Source: an uncultured Planctomycetaceae bacterium
GTDB lineage: Bacteria; Planctomycetota; Planctomycetia; Isosphaerales; Isosphaeraceae
NCBI GenBank assembly: GCA_963833985.1
Contig: CAWIAD010000001.1
Location: 544,001 to 608,000 of the forward strand
Direction: 5' to 3'
Length of the DNA: 64,000 nt
Made by a program: the position numbers and the translations under genes. Within the stretch, counting starts at the first letter, position 1; each line of letters begins with the position of its first letter. The notes under the pieces are model-generated. The model was not told where the DNA came from. It did no database searches and was given only the letters and a program-made list of their open reading frames with translations. Below, piece by piece: positions 1 to 11,407 of the stretch.

Positions 1-9
1 CGGCATTCG

Positions 10-945
10 GTGCCGGCGATGTTGACGATGCTGCTGGCCGCGATGATCGCCGGCGGTTCACTGGTGCTGGCTGGAGCGGCGTGGATTCAAGGCGTGCAGC
101 CCGGGTGGAATGGCATGCCCGCACCGCTGGCAGCCTCGGCCATCACGCTTGCACTCGTCGGTGGACTGGCGCTCGTTGCCTGGGATGCACTCAGGTCCGG
201 CCAGTTCACGCCTCCGGGCGAGCACGCTGGGATCCAGGACGCGACTGGCAGCAGCGCTCTCCAACAATGGCGGCTGTCGTTCCGGCTCGTTCTGCTGCTG
301 GCGGCCGGTCCGGCTGTGCTGGCGCCGCTGCTGGCCCTGGCGCCCTGGGCCCCGCAGTACACACCACAGTTCAGCAAGAATGCCGCGGGGCTGGAGGTCG
401 TCACGGGTTTCGTGCGCGACACGCAGCACGTTCGCTTCGCCCAAGAGCTGAACCTGGGCCAGCGCCTTGCCTTTGCGGGCCTCTGGATCGTGACGATGCT
501 CGTCCACGGGGCGGCCGCGGTCAGCGCGGTAATGCTGCTGCGTGCCGCCGGTCAGTGGTCGAGAGCTTTTCGGGTGATCTCGATGAGCCTTGCCACGCTC
601 ATCCTCGTGATCTTGCCGATCGCCCTGTTCCTGCTCGTTCCACTGTACGACGTTCCGGTGGCCGCCTGGAGCTTCGGTTCCGCGTCGCGGTCGCTGCTGG
701 CCCAGCTCCTGACGCGCAGGTCGTACGCCCCGGGAGACGCGCTGCGCTGCGTGCTGCTCTGGGACCTGGTGGTCATCGTCCTGGTGATCATCCTGGCGCG
801 CTGGGCCGTTCGCTCATCGCGTGCCGGCCCTGTCGCCATACCAGGGCGTGAGTCCGGCTGGCCCATCGATGCAGTCCGCGGCCGCGGGCACGCGGCAAGC
901 GGCACTGCCCTGGAGCTCATCGTCCCGGTCGAAGAGGCGGGCTGA
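10..945 (+). CDS. Multi-pass membrane protein of unknown function (probably 5'-truncated by the window edge)
   Basis: 311-aa ORF with several hydrophobic segments; the frame is open from the window start. Confidence 0.6.
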   Translation: MPAMLTMLLAAMIAGGSLVLAGAAWIQGVQPGWNGMPAPLAASAITLALVGGLALVAWDALRSGQFTPPGEHAGIQDATGSSALQQWRLSFRLVLLLAAGPAVLAPLLALAPWAPQYTPQFSKNAAGLEVVTGFVRDTQHVRFAQELNLGQRLAFAGLWIVTMLVHGAAAVSAVMLLRAAGQWSRAFRVISMSLATLILVILPIALFLLVPLYDVPVAAWSFGSASRSLLAQLLTRRSYAPGDALRCVLLWDLVVIVLVIILARWAVRSSRAGPVAIPGRESGWPIDAVRGRGHAASGTALELIVPVEEAG

Positions 946-1049
946 GGCCGTGGGTCACGGTGGAAACCGTGCTGCCGTACCATTGTCGAGGTGAGCCGGA
1001 TGCGCCTAGCATAGTTCATAGGGCTCTTCGGCCGGAGGGAATACGCGTC

Positions 1050-1907
1050 ATGCCTCCACGTCTCGTCTCCCTGGCGATCCTCGTCTACTGGTGCGTGGCG
1101 GCGTTCTGCCTGCTCACCTGGGAGGTGCTGCCGGAATTGACGCTCGGTTACCCGCCCGACTTCCGCGCCATCGCATCGGCGGGCGGTACTCCGAAGCCGG
1201 TGACATGGAGCATTCAGATCATCGATGATCCCAGGTCGCCGGACGTCCGCCGCCAGGTCGGCACCGCGGTCACCTCATCGTATCGACTGGAAGATGGCTG
1301 GTTCGAGCTTGGCAGCCGCGTGAACTTCGACGCCCAGGGGCTGCTCAAGGAGACGCCGTTTCACTTCACGGGAAGCGTGCGCCTGGAGCTCAACAGCGTG
1401 TACCGCGTCGACCGGGCGGGCAACCTCCGCTCCTTTGACATGAAGCTGAAACACGCCGGCTCGTCCGAAACCTGGGCCACGGTCAACGGCAGGCTCAAGA
1501 ACGGCGTGATGGAAGTGGAATCCAAAGGCCCGGTGCAGATGCTGAACCAGCGTCTCAGGTTCAAATATGAGCCCCGGAGCCTGGTGCATGATGCACTCGG
1601 GCCGCTGGACCGGCTGCCTGGCCTGCACGTGGGTCAGCGCTGGGACACGCGGATGGTGAACCCCTTCACGGGCCAGGTGGACACGGTGCGCGTCGAGGTG
1701 CAGAAGCGTGAGCTGGTGCACTGGAACAGCGAGCCCATCAGCGCGTTCGTGGTCCTCCAGCGTTCGGGAACGATCACCGCCCGGACGTGGGTCCGGCCCG
1801 ACGGCTTGATCTTCCGACAGGAGGTTCCCTTGCCGCTGGTCCATCTCATCATGGAGCGAATGCCCGAGCAGGCGCAAACCAACCCGGGGGAAGGAGCAGC
1901 CCTGTGA
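1050..1907 (+). CDS. Conserved hypothetical membrane-anchored protein upstream of the ABC transporter
   Basis: GGAGG upstream of ATG 1050; N-terminal TM (LVSLAILVYWCVAAFCLL) followed by a beta-rich domain; the stop overlaps the next GTG start. Confidence 0.7.
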   Translation: MPPRLVSLAILVYWCVAAFCLLTWEVLPELTLGYPPDFRAIASAGGTPKPVTWSIQIIDDPRSPDVRRQVGTAVTSSYRLEDGWFELGSRVNFDAQGLLKETPFHFTGSVRLELNSVYRVDRAGNLRSFDMKLKHAGSSETWATVNGRLKNGVMEVESKGPVQMLNQRLRFKYEPRSLVHDALGPLDRLPGLHVGQRWDTRMVNPFTGQVDTVRVEVQKRELVHWNSEPISAFVVLQRSGTITARTWVRPDGLIFRQEVPLPLVHLIMERMPEQAQTNPGEGAAL

Positions 1908-2664
1908 TCGAGCTGGTGGGAGTCACCAAGAGCTTCGGCACCAAGCGGGCCGTGGACCGGCTGGACCTGAATGTTCGGGCGGGGGAGCTGTTCGCGTTTC
2001 TGGGCCCCAACGGCGCGGGCAAGACCACGACCATCAAGATGATTTGCGGCTTGCTGGCACCCTCGGCCGGCAGTGTGCGCGTGGGCGGTCATCCGGCGGC
2101 TTCTCCGCAAGCACGTCAGCTTCTGGGTTATGTTCCCGACCAGCCCTATCTCTACGACAAGCTCACCGGCCGCGAGTTTCTCCGCTTCGTGGTGGAGATG
2201 TACGGCATCGATCGGGAACACGCCCTTGCCCGCATCGATGAACTGATCGAAATATTCGAGATGGACGATTTCATTGATGAGCTGTGCGAGAACTACTCTC
2301 AGGGCATGAAGCAGCGCGTCGTCTTCGCCTCGGCCCTCGTGCACGAGCCGAGAGTGCTGGTGGTGGACGAACCGCTGGTGGGTCTGGACCCCAAGAGCGC
2401 CGGATCGTCAAGAACCTCTTCGTGTCGCAGGCCCGGTCCGGTGCGGCCGTGCTGATGTCCATCCACCTGCTGGCCATCGCCGAGGAGCTTGCCGACCGGA
2501 TCGGCATTGTCGATCACGGCCGGATGCTCACCGTCGGGACCCTTGCCGAACTGCGCCGGCGGGCGCAGCACGACGGCTCGCTGGAGGACCTGTTCCTGAA
2601 ACTGACCGGCAATGATCCCGGCCCGTACGCACAGCCCGAGGACCTCAAGAGCGTGGAAACTTGA
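1904..2664 (+). CDS. ABC transporter ATP-binding protein (frameshift near 2400)
   Basis: Walker A GPNGAGKTT, signature YSQGMKQR, Walker B VVDEP; continues in ORF 2284..2664 (RIVKNLF...SIHLL). Confidence 0.9.
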
Positions 2665-2665
2665 C

Positions 2666-4415
2666 ATGAGCCTGGCGATCACGGAACCCCTCAGGCTGCC
2701 CGAGCTGACCGCTGACCGCACGGCGCGCGCGCTCAGGCGGCTGCGCTGGTGGCAGGTGCGGAACACCGCCGCGAGCCTGGTGCACGGCTCGCGGCTGCGG
2801 ATCTCCATGATCCTCTTTTGCAGTGCCGTGTTCTGGACCGGACTGTTTGCGCTGTTCCTGGGCGGCTTCCAGTTCATCAGCCTTTATGTCGATCTGGCCA
2901 ACACGATCGTCGAGTATCTCTTCAGCCTCTTCTTCCTGTCGCTGCTGGTGATGCTCTTCTTCTCCAGCGGGATCATCGTCTACACCGCGCTGTTCCACTC
3001 GCGTGAGGCAGCCTACCTGCTGACCACGCCCGCATCAACCGACCGGATCTTCGCCTACAAGTTCGCGGAGGCGATCGGCTTTTCAAGCTGGGGGTTCTTC
3101 CTGCTGGGCAGTCCGCTGATGGTGGCCTACGGCCTGACAGTGAAGGCGCCCGCGGCGTTCTACGGCATGTTCCTGCTTTATCTTTTCTCGTTCGTGCTGG
3201 TTCCCGGCAGCGTGGGCGCCATGGCCGCCATCGTGGTGGCCAACGTTTTCCCAAGGCGGCAGAAGACGATTCTGACGCTGGCCGTCACGCTGGTTCTTGC
3301 CCTCATCGTGTTTCTGGGAGTGCGCCTCTGGCGCACGCCGGGCGACGCACTCAGTGGTGACTGGCTGGGGGGCATGCTCAACCGGCTGGCCTTCTGCCAG
3401 AACCCGCTCTGGCCCAGCCGCTGGATGTCGGCGGGGCTGCTGGCCTCGGCCAAGGGCGAATGGGCCCGCGCGGGCTATCACCTCATGGTCCTCTCGGCGC
3501 ACGCCGCGCTCTTGTACCTCGCGGCCGCTGTGTTCGCGCGTGACCTCTATCGTCGCGGCTATAGCCGGGTGCAGGGGGGCCGCACCTCGAGACGCCGGCG
3601 CAGGCCTGCTCTTCCTTGATGCCATCGTCCATCGGCTCTTCGGTTTCCTTTCCTACCCCGTCCGGTTGCTCATCCTCAAGGACCTGCGGACCTTCCTCCG
3701 CGATCCAGCGCAGTGGTCGCAATTCCTCATCTTCTTCGGGCTCCTGGCGTTCTACTTCCTGAACATTCCGCAGCTTGGCTACGGCGCCCAGACCCCGTAC
3801 TGGCGCAACCTGGTCAGCTTTCTGAACCTGTCGGTGACGGCGTTGATCCTGTCCACCTTCACCAGCCGCTTCATCTTTCCACTGCTCTCGCTGGAGGGTC
3901 GCAACTTCTGGATCCTCGGTCTATTGCCCCTGGAGCGCGAGCAGATCCTCTGGAGCAAGTTTGCCTTCTCCTCGGGGATCTCGCTGGTTGCCACCGAGAT
4001 CCTGGTGGTCCTCAGCGACCTGATGCTCCGCATGAGCCCCGTGATGATCGCTTTGCACGTGGCCATGATCGCCGTGCTTTGCCTGGGCCTCTCGGGTATC
4101 AGCGTGGGTCTAGGAGCACGGCTGCCCAACCTGCGGGAGACGGACCCGTCGAAGATTGCCGCCGGGTTCGGCGGCACGCTCAACCTGCTGGTCAGCCTGG
4201 TGTTCATCTTCGCGATCGTGACGGCACTGGCGCTGCCCTGCCATCTTTACTTTGCCGGCCAGGAGCATCCCGAATCCACCAATCTCGCGCTGTCGCACAG
4301 CGGCTTCCGATTCTGGCTGACGATTGCTATCATCGGCAGCCTGATCGTGGGCTTTCTGGGTACCGTGATCCCGTTGCGGATCGGTATCAGGGCGTTCCGG
4401 CGGATGGAATTCTGA
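2666..4415 (+). CDS. Putative ABC transporter permease (frameshift near 3600)
   Basis: Two overlapping hydrophobic ORFs (2612..3619, 3297..4415); LILKDLRTFLRDP and SLEGRNFWIL motifs typical of this permease type; follows the ATPase. Confidence 0.8.
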
Positions 4416-4510
4416 GGCCGCCCGAGTACCCTGCCGGCTCCGGATCGCCGCTTCAGAATTCGACGCGTACGTGCTCCATGAGCGATCTTGTGCTCCTCCG
4501 GGGAACCTAT

Positions 4511-6006
4511 ATGAGTCTCACCAGGAAGTCACTGCTCCAGGCTGCGCTGTGGCTGGCTCTCGTGATCTTCGCTCCGCCGGGCCTGCTCGCTCAGCAGGCC
4601 GCTCAGCCGAAAGAGAGAGCGTCCATCATCGTGGATGGCACGGTCCGGGAAGTCTTCAGCAGTCCCAGGCCGGCACAGGTCGACTACGTCATCGAGCTGG
4701 AGGTTTCAAGATCGGAGTATGGCCGGTCGCCCGCGGATGCCCGCCGCGCGCAGGCCCCGGCGCCTGGGGACCCGGTCTATGTTCATGTGTTTCAAACCAC
4801 TGACAACGCCCGGCATGCAGGCGGCCACCAGGCCATCCCCGCCGAGGGGAGCCAGATTCGCGCCTATCTCTATCCCCGGGCCAGGGGCGGGTGGGACGGA
4901 GCGTTCCCGGACTGGTTCGATCAGACCGGCGCGATCGCCCGCAACCCCGGCGGCGAGCAGCCGCAACAGCCACCGGCCGAGCCCGATGCCGGGCGGCGCA
5001 CCCGGAACAATCGTACAGGCGCTGGGAGCCCGCGCGGAGCAGGTCCACGTCAGCGGCCGGCTGGTACTGAAGATCATCGACGTGGTCCCCGAGAGTCCTG
5101 CCGGGAAGGCGGGAATCGAGCCTGGCGATGCGATCATCGGCGTCAACGGCGGCTTCTTCACGGACCTGGACCAGCTTGCGGCGATTGTTCGGAAAGGGGG
5201 ACCGATCGCCAAGCTGACCGTGCTCGACGTGCGCAGTGGACAGCAAGCCGCCGTGAAGCTCGACGTGACCGAGTGGCTGACGGCAGACTCCTCTCGCCAC
5301 GCGCCCACTCCCGCGCCCACTCCCGCTCCCGCTCCCGCTCCTGTACCTGCACCTGCGCCTGCACGGGTACGCAGCCTGAGGGTAAAAACCGAATCCGTCC
5401 GGGTCGGCCTGCGCACCACGGCCGTGCGCGTGACGGAAGTTCAAGAGGATAGTCCGGCCGCGATGGCCGGCCTGGAGGCGCGGGGATGTGATCCTGGAGG
5501 CCGACGGGGCCCCCGCCTCTGATCCTGCCCGGCTGGAGGCCGCCGTGCAGAAGAGCGGCCCGGTGCTGGCACTCAAGGTCTTCGATCCCCGGACGCGCAG
5601 GGAGGTTCCGGTTCAGGTGCACCTCGAGGGAGCAGGGGCGGCGGCCCGGGAGACGGGCGCTCCGGCGGAAAACCCTTCCACGCCCACACCCGCACCGGCG
5701 CCGACCCCGGCCCCGGCTGCCGTTCCCGGCGCAGGGGTGACTTCGGCCCGCGCCCTCGGAATCGTGGCTGAGGCGGGGACCGCGGACCTCTTGCCGGTGG
5801 TGAAGGTGGTGCAGGTGTTGCCCGGCAGCCCCGCGGCGAAGGCGGGCATCGAGCCCGGGGACGCCATCGTGAGGCTCAACGACAAGGTCATCTTCGCCCC
5901 CGATCTCCTGGACGAGGCGCTCAGGACCGCGGGCAGCTCATTCACTCTGAGCATTCTCGACGTCAAGACGGGCAAGAAAACGCCGGTGAAGATCAACCTG
6001 CCCTGA
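4511..6006 (+). CDS. Secreted multi-PDZ-domain protein (frameshifts near 4975 and 5480)
   Basis: Signal peptide; three 'V..V.P.SPA.KAG.EPGD.I' PDZ-like units separated by Pro/Ala-rich linkers, spread over three frames. Confidence 0.75.
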
Positions 6007-6093
6007 TCGTCAGTCCGGAAGTGCAGCAACCGCTGGCCCGGCGCCGGCATAGCCGTCCGACGGACGGCGTTCGCCGTGCTGGTCATGCGAACC

Positions 6094-6447
6094 TCAGGCG
6101 TCGAGCCAGGAATCCCAGACACCCATCGAGGGCCTGGCGGGGGGAGATTTCCGGACCTGTCGCCGTGGTGCGGAGGCCACGGCGGCGACTGCCCGGCGCA
6201 CGCCTCGGAGGGCCCTGCCGACGGCTCGATGCAGGCCGCTGGCACCCGCCGGGCGGCCTCCGGACGCTAAAGCGCCCAGCCTGCGCCTGCGGTGCCGGTG
6301 CCATGGCCAGAGCAGGTGTCCGCAGGCGGGGCAGGGTGCATCGCCCAGGACCAGGGACGGCTCAACCCAGGAGCAGGTGGAACAGACGGGACAGCGCCTG
6401 GGTTCGCCTCCACCCCATGTCCGCGATGAAATCGAGCACGCCATCAT
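6094..6447 (-). CDS. Small Zn-ribbon protein (planctomycete ISSRT..CPVC...GDAPCPxCGHLLW type)
   Basis: GAGGAGG upstream of ATG 6447; two CxxC pairs (CPVC, CPAC). Confidence 0.6.
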   Translation of the reverse strand: MMACSISSRTWGGGEPRRCPVCSTCSWVEPSLVLGDAPCPACGHLLWPWHRHRRRRLGALASGGRPAGASGLHRAVGRALRGVRRAVAAVASAPRRQVRKSPPARPSMGVWDSWLDA

Positions 6448-6538
6448 TCCCTCCTCGGGCCATCCGACCGGGGTTATCCAGGTCATTCGCTGGCGGCATC
6501 GGTTTATTTTGCGTCGCCGGGGCCGGCCTGGTTGCGAG

Positions 6539-8357
6539 CTACAGGCCGGGGGTTCCGGCGTGAGCGGCGGTTTGCCCGGGCGCCGTGGGGGCGGGAAGCG
6601 GTGACCCGGATGCGGGCGGCCCGCCCGGCGGCGGGACGGCCGCGGGCGCGGGAGTGAAGTTGGCAGGGGCGGGCGGCTCGAAGGATCCGCCAAGCAGGTC
6701 GGCCAGGTCCGTGTAATGGCCGTACTTCTCCTTCAGCATGGCCAGGATGGCGACCGACTCATTGGGCCGTCCAGCCTGCATGGCTGTCTGGGCCCGGGCG
6801 AGCTGGTCCGTCACGAACGCACGCCGTTCCTGGATGCGCGACTCGATCTCCTTGGCCCGCCGCGCCGCCAGGAGATGCCATTTCCGCGCTTCTGGCTCGT
6901 CGGGGCGGATCAGCCGTTCCATCTCTCTCCAGTAAGCCGCGGCCTGGGCGTCATTGCCATCGGCGCTCGCCCGGGATGCCAGCGTGTCGAAGGAGACGTA
7001 TTGCCGCTCGGGGTCGGTGTGCGGCTCGGAGAACGAAGTCTTCACCGGGCTGCTCAGGTTCCTGGCACGGCGTTCGGCCTCGTCGAGCAGGATCCGGTCG
7101 CGCCGATTCTTGAAGCTGTGCGGCGTAAGGGTGGCCGGGGTGCTTCTGGTCCAGGAGGTCAAGGTACTCCTCCTGCGCCCTGAGCCAGTCGGAGGGGTGC
7201 GTGGAGGCCATGAGCGTCTCGGCCTGGTGGTACAGGTACGATGCACTTGGCGGCCAGATCCAGTAGCCGATGAACCCGACAATGGCGACCAGCGTGGCGA
7301 TCAGTCCCAGAGTTTCCAGAGTTGCCCGGTTCAGCCACGAAGATCCGCCGCTGTCGTCTCCGCGGGTGGCGAAGCCGGAGGTGATGCCGGCCAGGCCGCC
7401 GGTCTTGCGGCCCTTCTTGCGGGTCCGCGTGGACGGATTCGTCTCGACGCCAGGCGCCCGGGGCGGGTTGGCCGCGGGAGAGCCCGGCTCCGGCCAGACC
7501 ATGGGAATCGCCTCGCCGCGCGATGCCCTGTCGCGCAGATCGTTGAGCGTTGCCAGCACGGCGAGGGCGTCCCAGGGACGGTCGGCAGGCGCCTTGGCCA
7601 TCAGCTTGACGACCAGCTCATTGACGGCCCTGGGCAGATCGGCCACCTTGTCTCCGGGCGGGGGTGGAGCCTCGTTGAGGTGGCAGTGCATGAGCACCAC
7701 GGCCGAGGCGCCGTCGAACGGGGGCTTGCCCGTGAGCATCTGGTACATGAGCACGCCCAGCGCGTAGAGGTCGGTCTTGTGGCTAATCGCGGGGGTGCCG
7801 CGGATCTGCTCAGGGGCCATGTACGCCGCCGTGCCGAGAGTGCGTCCGGGGGCCGTGAGCTGCGTGGTTCGAGCCAGGTCCTTGGCGATGCCGAAGTCGG
7901 TGAGCTTGAGCTTCCCCTCCGCGGTGATCATCAGGTTCGACGGCTTCAGGTCGCGGTGGATGACGTTCTTTTCATGGGCGTACGTGAGGGCCTCGCAGAG
8001 CTGGATGGACAGCTCGACGACCTCGCGCCAGGGGAGTTCGCCGCGGTCCTGGAGCAGGCGCTCGAGGGTGACGCCCTCGACGTACTCCATGGCAAAGTAC
8101 GAGGTTCCCTTGTAGCGGCCCCAGGCCAGCCAGCGCACGATGTTGGGGTGCCGGAACTGCTTGAGGATCTCCGCTTCGCGCTCGAAGCGCTCGAAGACCT
8201 TTCCCTTCTGGGACAGCTCGTTGTGGACGATCTTCACGGCCGCGGGCCGGCCCGTCGTCTCCTGGGTGGCGCGAAAGACGACGCCCATCGCGCCTGAGCC
8301 CAGGATTTCCTCGAGGCGGAAGGAGCCAAGCTTTTCGCCGATCAATTCCTGGCTCAT
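6539..8357 (-). CDS. Hanks-type Ser/Thr protein kinase with TM segment and C-terminal helical domain (frameshift near 7120)
   Basis: LGSGAMGVV, AAVK, HRDLKPSN, DFG and YMAPE motifs; TM; C-terminus continues in ORF 6539..7282. Confidence 0.9.
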
Positions 8358-8366
8358 GGCGGAAGA

Positions 8367-10573
8367 TCAGCCCCGGGGCATTGCGCAGGAAAGGCCTCCC
8401 GCCGCCGGGAGGTAACTGTGACGAACGTAATCCATGACCATGCGATCGGCATTGAACCGCCATGCCAGCGTGCGGAAGGCATTCTTTTGCCTGGCGATCC
8501 ACTCCCGCGGCAAGCCGGAGGCGTCGCGACGGTAGTAGAGCGGCACGACCTCGCTGGTCAGCGTCTCCAGCAACAAGCGGTGGTCACGCTCGTCCTGGAT
8601 GGAAGGGACGGCATGGGTCAGCCCTCTGCCAATGGCGAACCCATTGGTTCCATCATAGGCTTCCGCCCACCAGCCGTCGAGCACGGAGAAGTTCAGGGTG
8701 CCGTTCAGAACGGCCTTCTCGCCCGAGGTCCCGCTCGCCTCCTGCGGCCGGCGCGGATTGTTCAACCAGACGTCCACCCCCTGGACCAGCGAACGCCCCA
8801 CGTTCATGTCGTAGTCTTCGACGAAGACGACCCGGTTGAAGAACTGCGGCTGCCGCGTCATGCGCACGATGCCCTGGATCAGCTCCTTGCCCATCCGATC
8901 CTCCGGGTGTGCCTTGCCCGCGAAGATGATCTGCATTGGCCGATCGGTGGACTGGATCAGGTCCGCCAGCCGCTCAACATCCTGAAGGATCAGCCCGGCC
9001 CGCTTGTACGTGGCGAACCGCCGGGCGAAGCCGATGGTCAGGGCGCTCAGGTCGAGGGCTTCCATCGCCTTCTGAACGGCTGCGTCCGGCTCGTTGCGGC
9101 GCCTGGCCTGGACGACCAGCCGGTTGCGTACGAAGTTGATGAGCCGCGCCTTGAGCACCTGCTGCGTTTCCCAGAGCTCGGCGTCGTCGACGGTCTCGAT
9201 GCCTTCCCAGGTCTCCGGCAGCCGCTGGTCGCGCGGCCAGTTGACTCCAAGATGGCGGTCGAACAAGAGCGACATCTGGGCGCCACCCAGGTCTGCATGT
9301 GCACTCCGTTGGTGATATGCCCAATCGGTACGTTCTCCTCGGTGACGCTGGGGAAAAGCGGCTGCCACATCCTCCGGGAGACGACTCCGTGCAAGGCGCT
9401 GACGCCGTTGGCGTAGCGCGAGAGCTTGAGCGCCAGCACGGTCATGCAGTAAGGCTCGTTGGGATCACCCGGGTTCAGCCGGCCCAGGCCCATGAAGTCT
9501 TCGTAGGAAAGGTGGAGGGCCTCGCGAATCTTGCCGAGGTGCTCCTCGACCAGCCCGGCCGGAAACCGGTCGTGCCCGGCGGCCACCGGTGTATGGGTCG
9601 TGAACACGGTCATGCCGGCGATGTCGCGCATCACCTCGCCAAACGGCAGGCCGCTCGCTTCCATCACCTCGCGGATCATTTCCAGCGTGGCGAAGGCGCT
9701 ATGGCCCTCGTTCAGATGCAGCACCGAGGGATTGATCTTCAGTGCCCTCAGGGCGCGGACGCCGCCCACGCCAAGGAGCAGCTCCTGCCGGATCCGCACC
9801 CGCGCGTCGCCGCCGTAGAGCCGGGCAGTGAGGGCGCGGTCGGACTCGCTGTTCTCCGGGACGTTCGCATCAAGCAAGAGCAGCGTCGTGCGGCCGACCT
9901 CAACCCGCCAGATCCTGGCGCAGAGCTCACCGGTCGCCGTGACAATCGAGATCTTCAGCGGCTGGCCATCGGCGCCCACGAGGCTCTCGATGGGTAGCAG
10001 GTCCATGTCGGTGTTGAGGTAGGACTCCTGCTGCCAGCCGTCAGCATCAAGCGACTGGCGAAAATACCCCTGGGCGTAGAGCAGCCCGACGCCGATGAGC
10101 GGGATGCCCAGGTCGCTGGCGCTCTTCAGGTGATCGCCGGCCAGCACGCCCAGGCCGCCTGAGTAAATCGGCAAGCTCTCGTGGAGGCCGAACTCGGCCG
10201 AGAAGTAGGCCACCGGCCGCGACCGCAAGATCGACGCGTGCACCGCGCCCCAGGAGTCAGTGTCCTTGAGATACTCGGAAAGCCGCCGGAAGGCGTAGTC
10301 GATTCGCGAGTCCAGAGCCATCTCGGCGGCCCGGCGCTCGAGCTGCTCTCCGGGAAGCCGCTTCAGGAACTCGACCGGGTTGTGGTCCACCTTGCGCCAG
10401 AGCGCGGGGTCCAGCTCGCGAAAGAGAGCAATCACGTTGGGCTGCCAGACCCACCACAGGTTGCGGGCCAGCTCACGAAGCTTCTCAACCAGTTGCGATT
10501 GACCTTCCAAGGTCTCACCCCCGTCGGATCGCGGCCTTGAGGAACCAGACACCACCGGTGTGTCCCGAGCCAA
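8367..10573 (-). CDS. glgP: Alpha-glucan (glycogen) phosphorylase (frameshift near 9280)
   Basis: VAYFSAEFG, YSGGLGVLAGD, HLNEGH, FARRFATYKR and the PLP-site motif EASGTSGEK. Confidence 0.93.
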
Positions 10574-10870
10574 GCGCCCTTAGACGTGGCAGCGCCGGGC
10601 GATCCGAAGCGACCGCCCTTCTGAAAGGAAACTAGTATGTCTTAAGCGATCTGGCTTGCCAAGAGCCGTCGTCGATCCCCGCCGGTTTGCCGGGGCCAGC
10701 GGCAAGACGGCAGGCAAGCAGGGGAAGCCTGTCCGGGTATGGCTCCGGAGAGGTCAGAGCCGGAAAGGGAAGAAACGCATTTCAGCCAGCACGCGTGCTT
10801 CCCGCGGTCCCGGCAGAAAGGTGACCGTCCGGCGAAGGCTGTTCTCGACGCGGCACTCGCCCCCAGGGTC

Positions 10871-11010
10871 TAATCCCAATACCGTTGAAATGGCGTCAAC
10901 GAAAAGGGGGCAAGAGGTTTGCGACAAACCTGTTCCCACGGTCTGCGTGGCAACGAGGAACAGACCTCTGCCTGCACTCAACTACCGCGATTTCAACGGT
11001 ATTGAGGTTG
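10871..11010. mobile_element. MITE-like element family A (full copy, about 140 bp) with an internal REP-type hairpin
   Basis: Terminal inverted repeats with a 15-bp exact core CAATACCGTTGAAAT / ATTTCAACGGTATTG; internal hairpin TGTTCCCACG-GTCTG-CGTGGCAACG; partial second copy at 50181-50266. Confidence 0.75.
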
Positions 11011-11139
11011 AGGAGGCTGGACCACTGGCCAGGCGGTTTCGGGGGCCCAGCGCGGGTGTCAACGCGTAGGTCGCAATCCCGTAGGTATCTCGTGTCCGGA
11101 GGCGCACGGCGCGGAACGACACGGAGATTCGGAGCTGTG

Positions 11140-11301
11140 ATGAGAAATCCCAAGGAAATCGGAATGCTCTTGCTGGCCGTATGGCTGATTGCCTTCGGCC
11201 TTCTGACGGTCTCGTTCCTCAAGATCAGTTTCGCCCACAGCGGCGATGTGCTGGCCGTCCTGGCCATCGCCGCGGGTGTCTTGCTCTTGATGAAACGATA
11301 G
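11140..11301 (+). CDS. Small two-TM membrane protein (53 aa)
   Basis: GGAG upstream of ATG; MRNPKEIGMLLLAVWLIAFGLL...VLAVLAIAAGVLLLMKR. Confidence 0.7.
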   Translation: MRNPKEIGMLLLAVWLIAFGLLTVSFLKISFAHSGDVLAVLAIAAGVLLLMKR

Positions 11302-11407
11302 GAGGGCACGCGCCGCGATGCCGACGGGAGGTCGGAGGGTCTACCCCCTCCTGTCGGGTCCCACGGCACGGCGGTGGCGTCGCCCGGTGGGAGAGGCCGG
11401 CGGCTGG

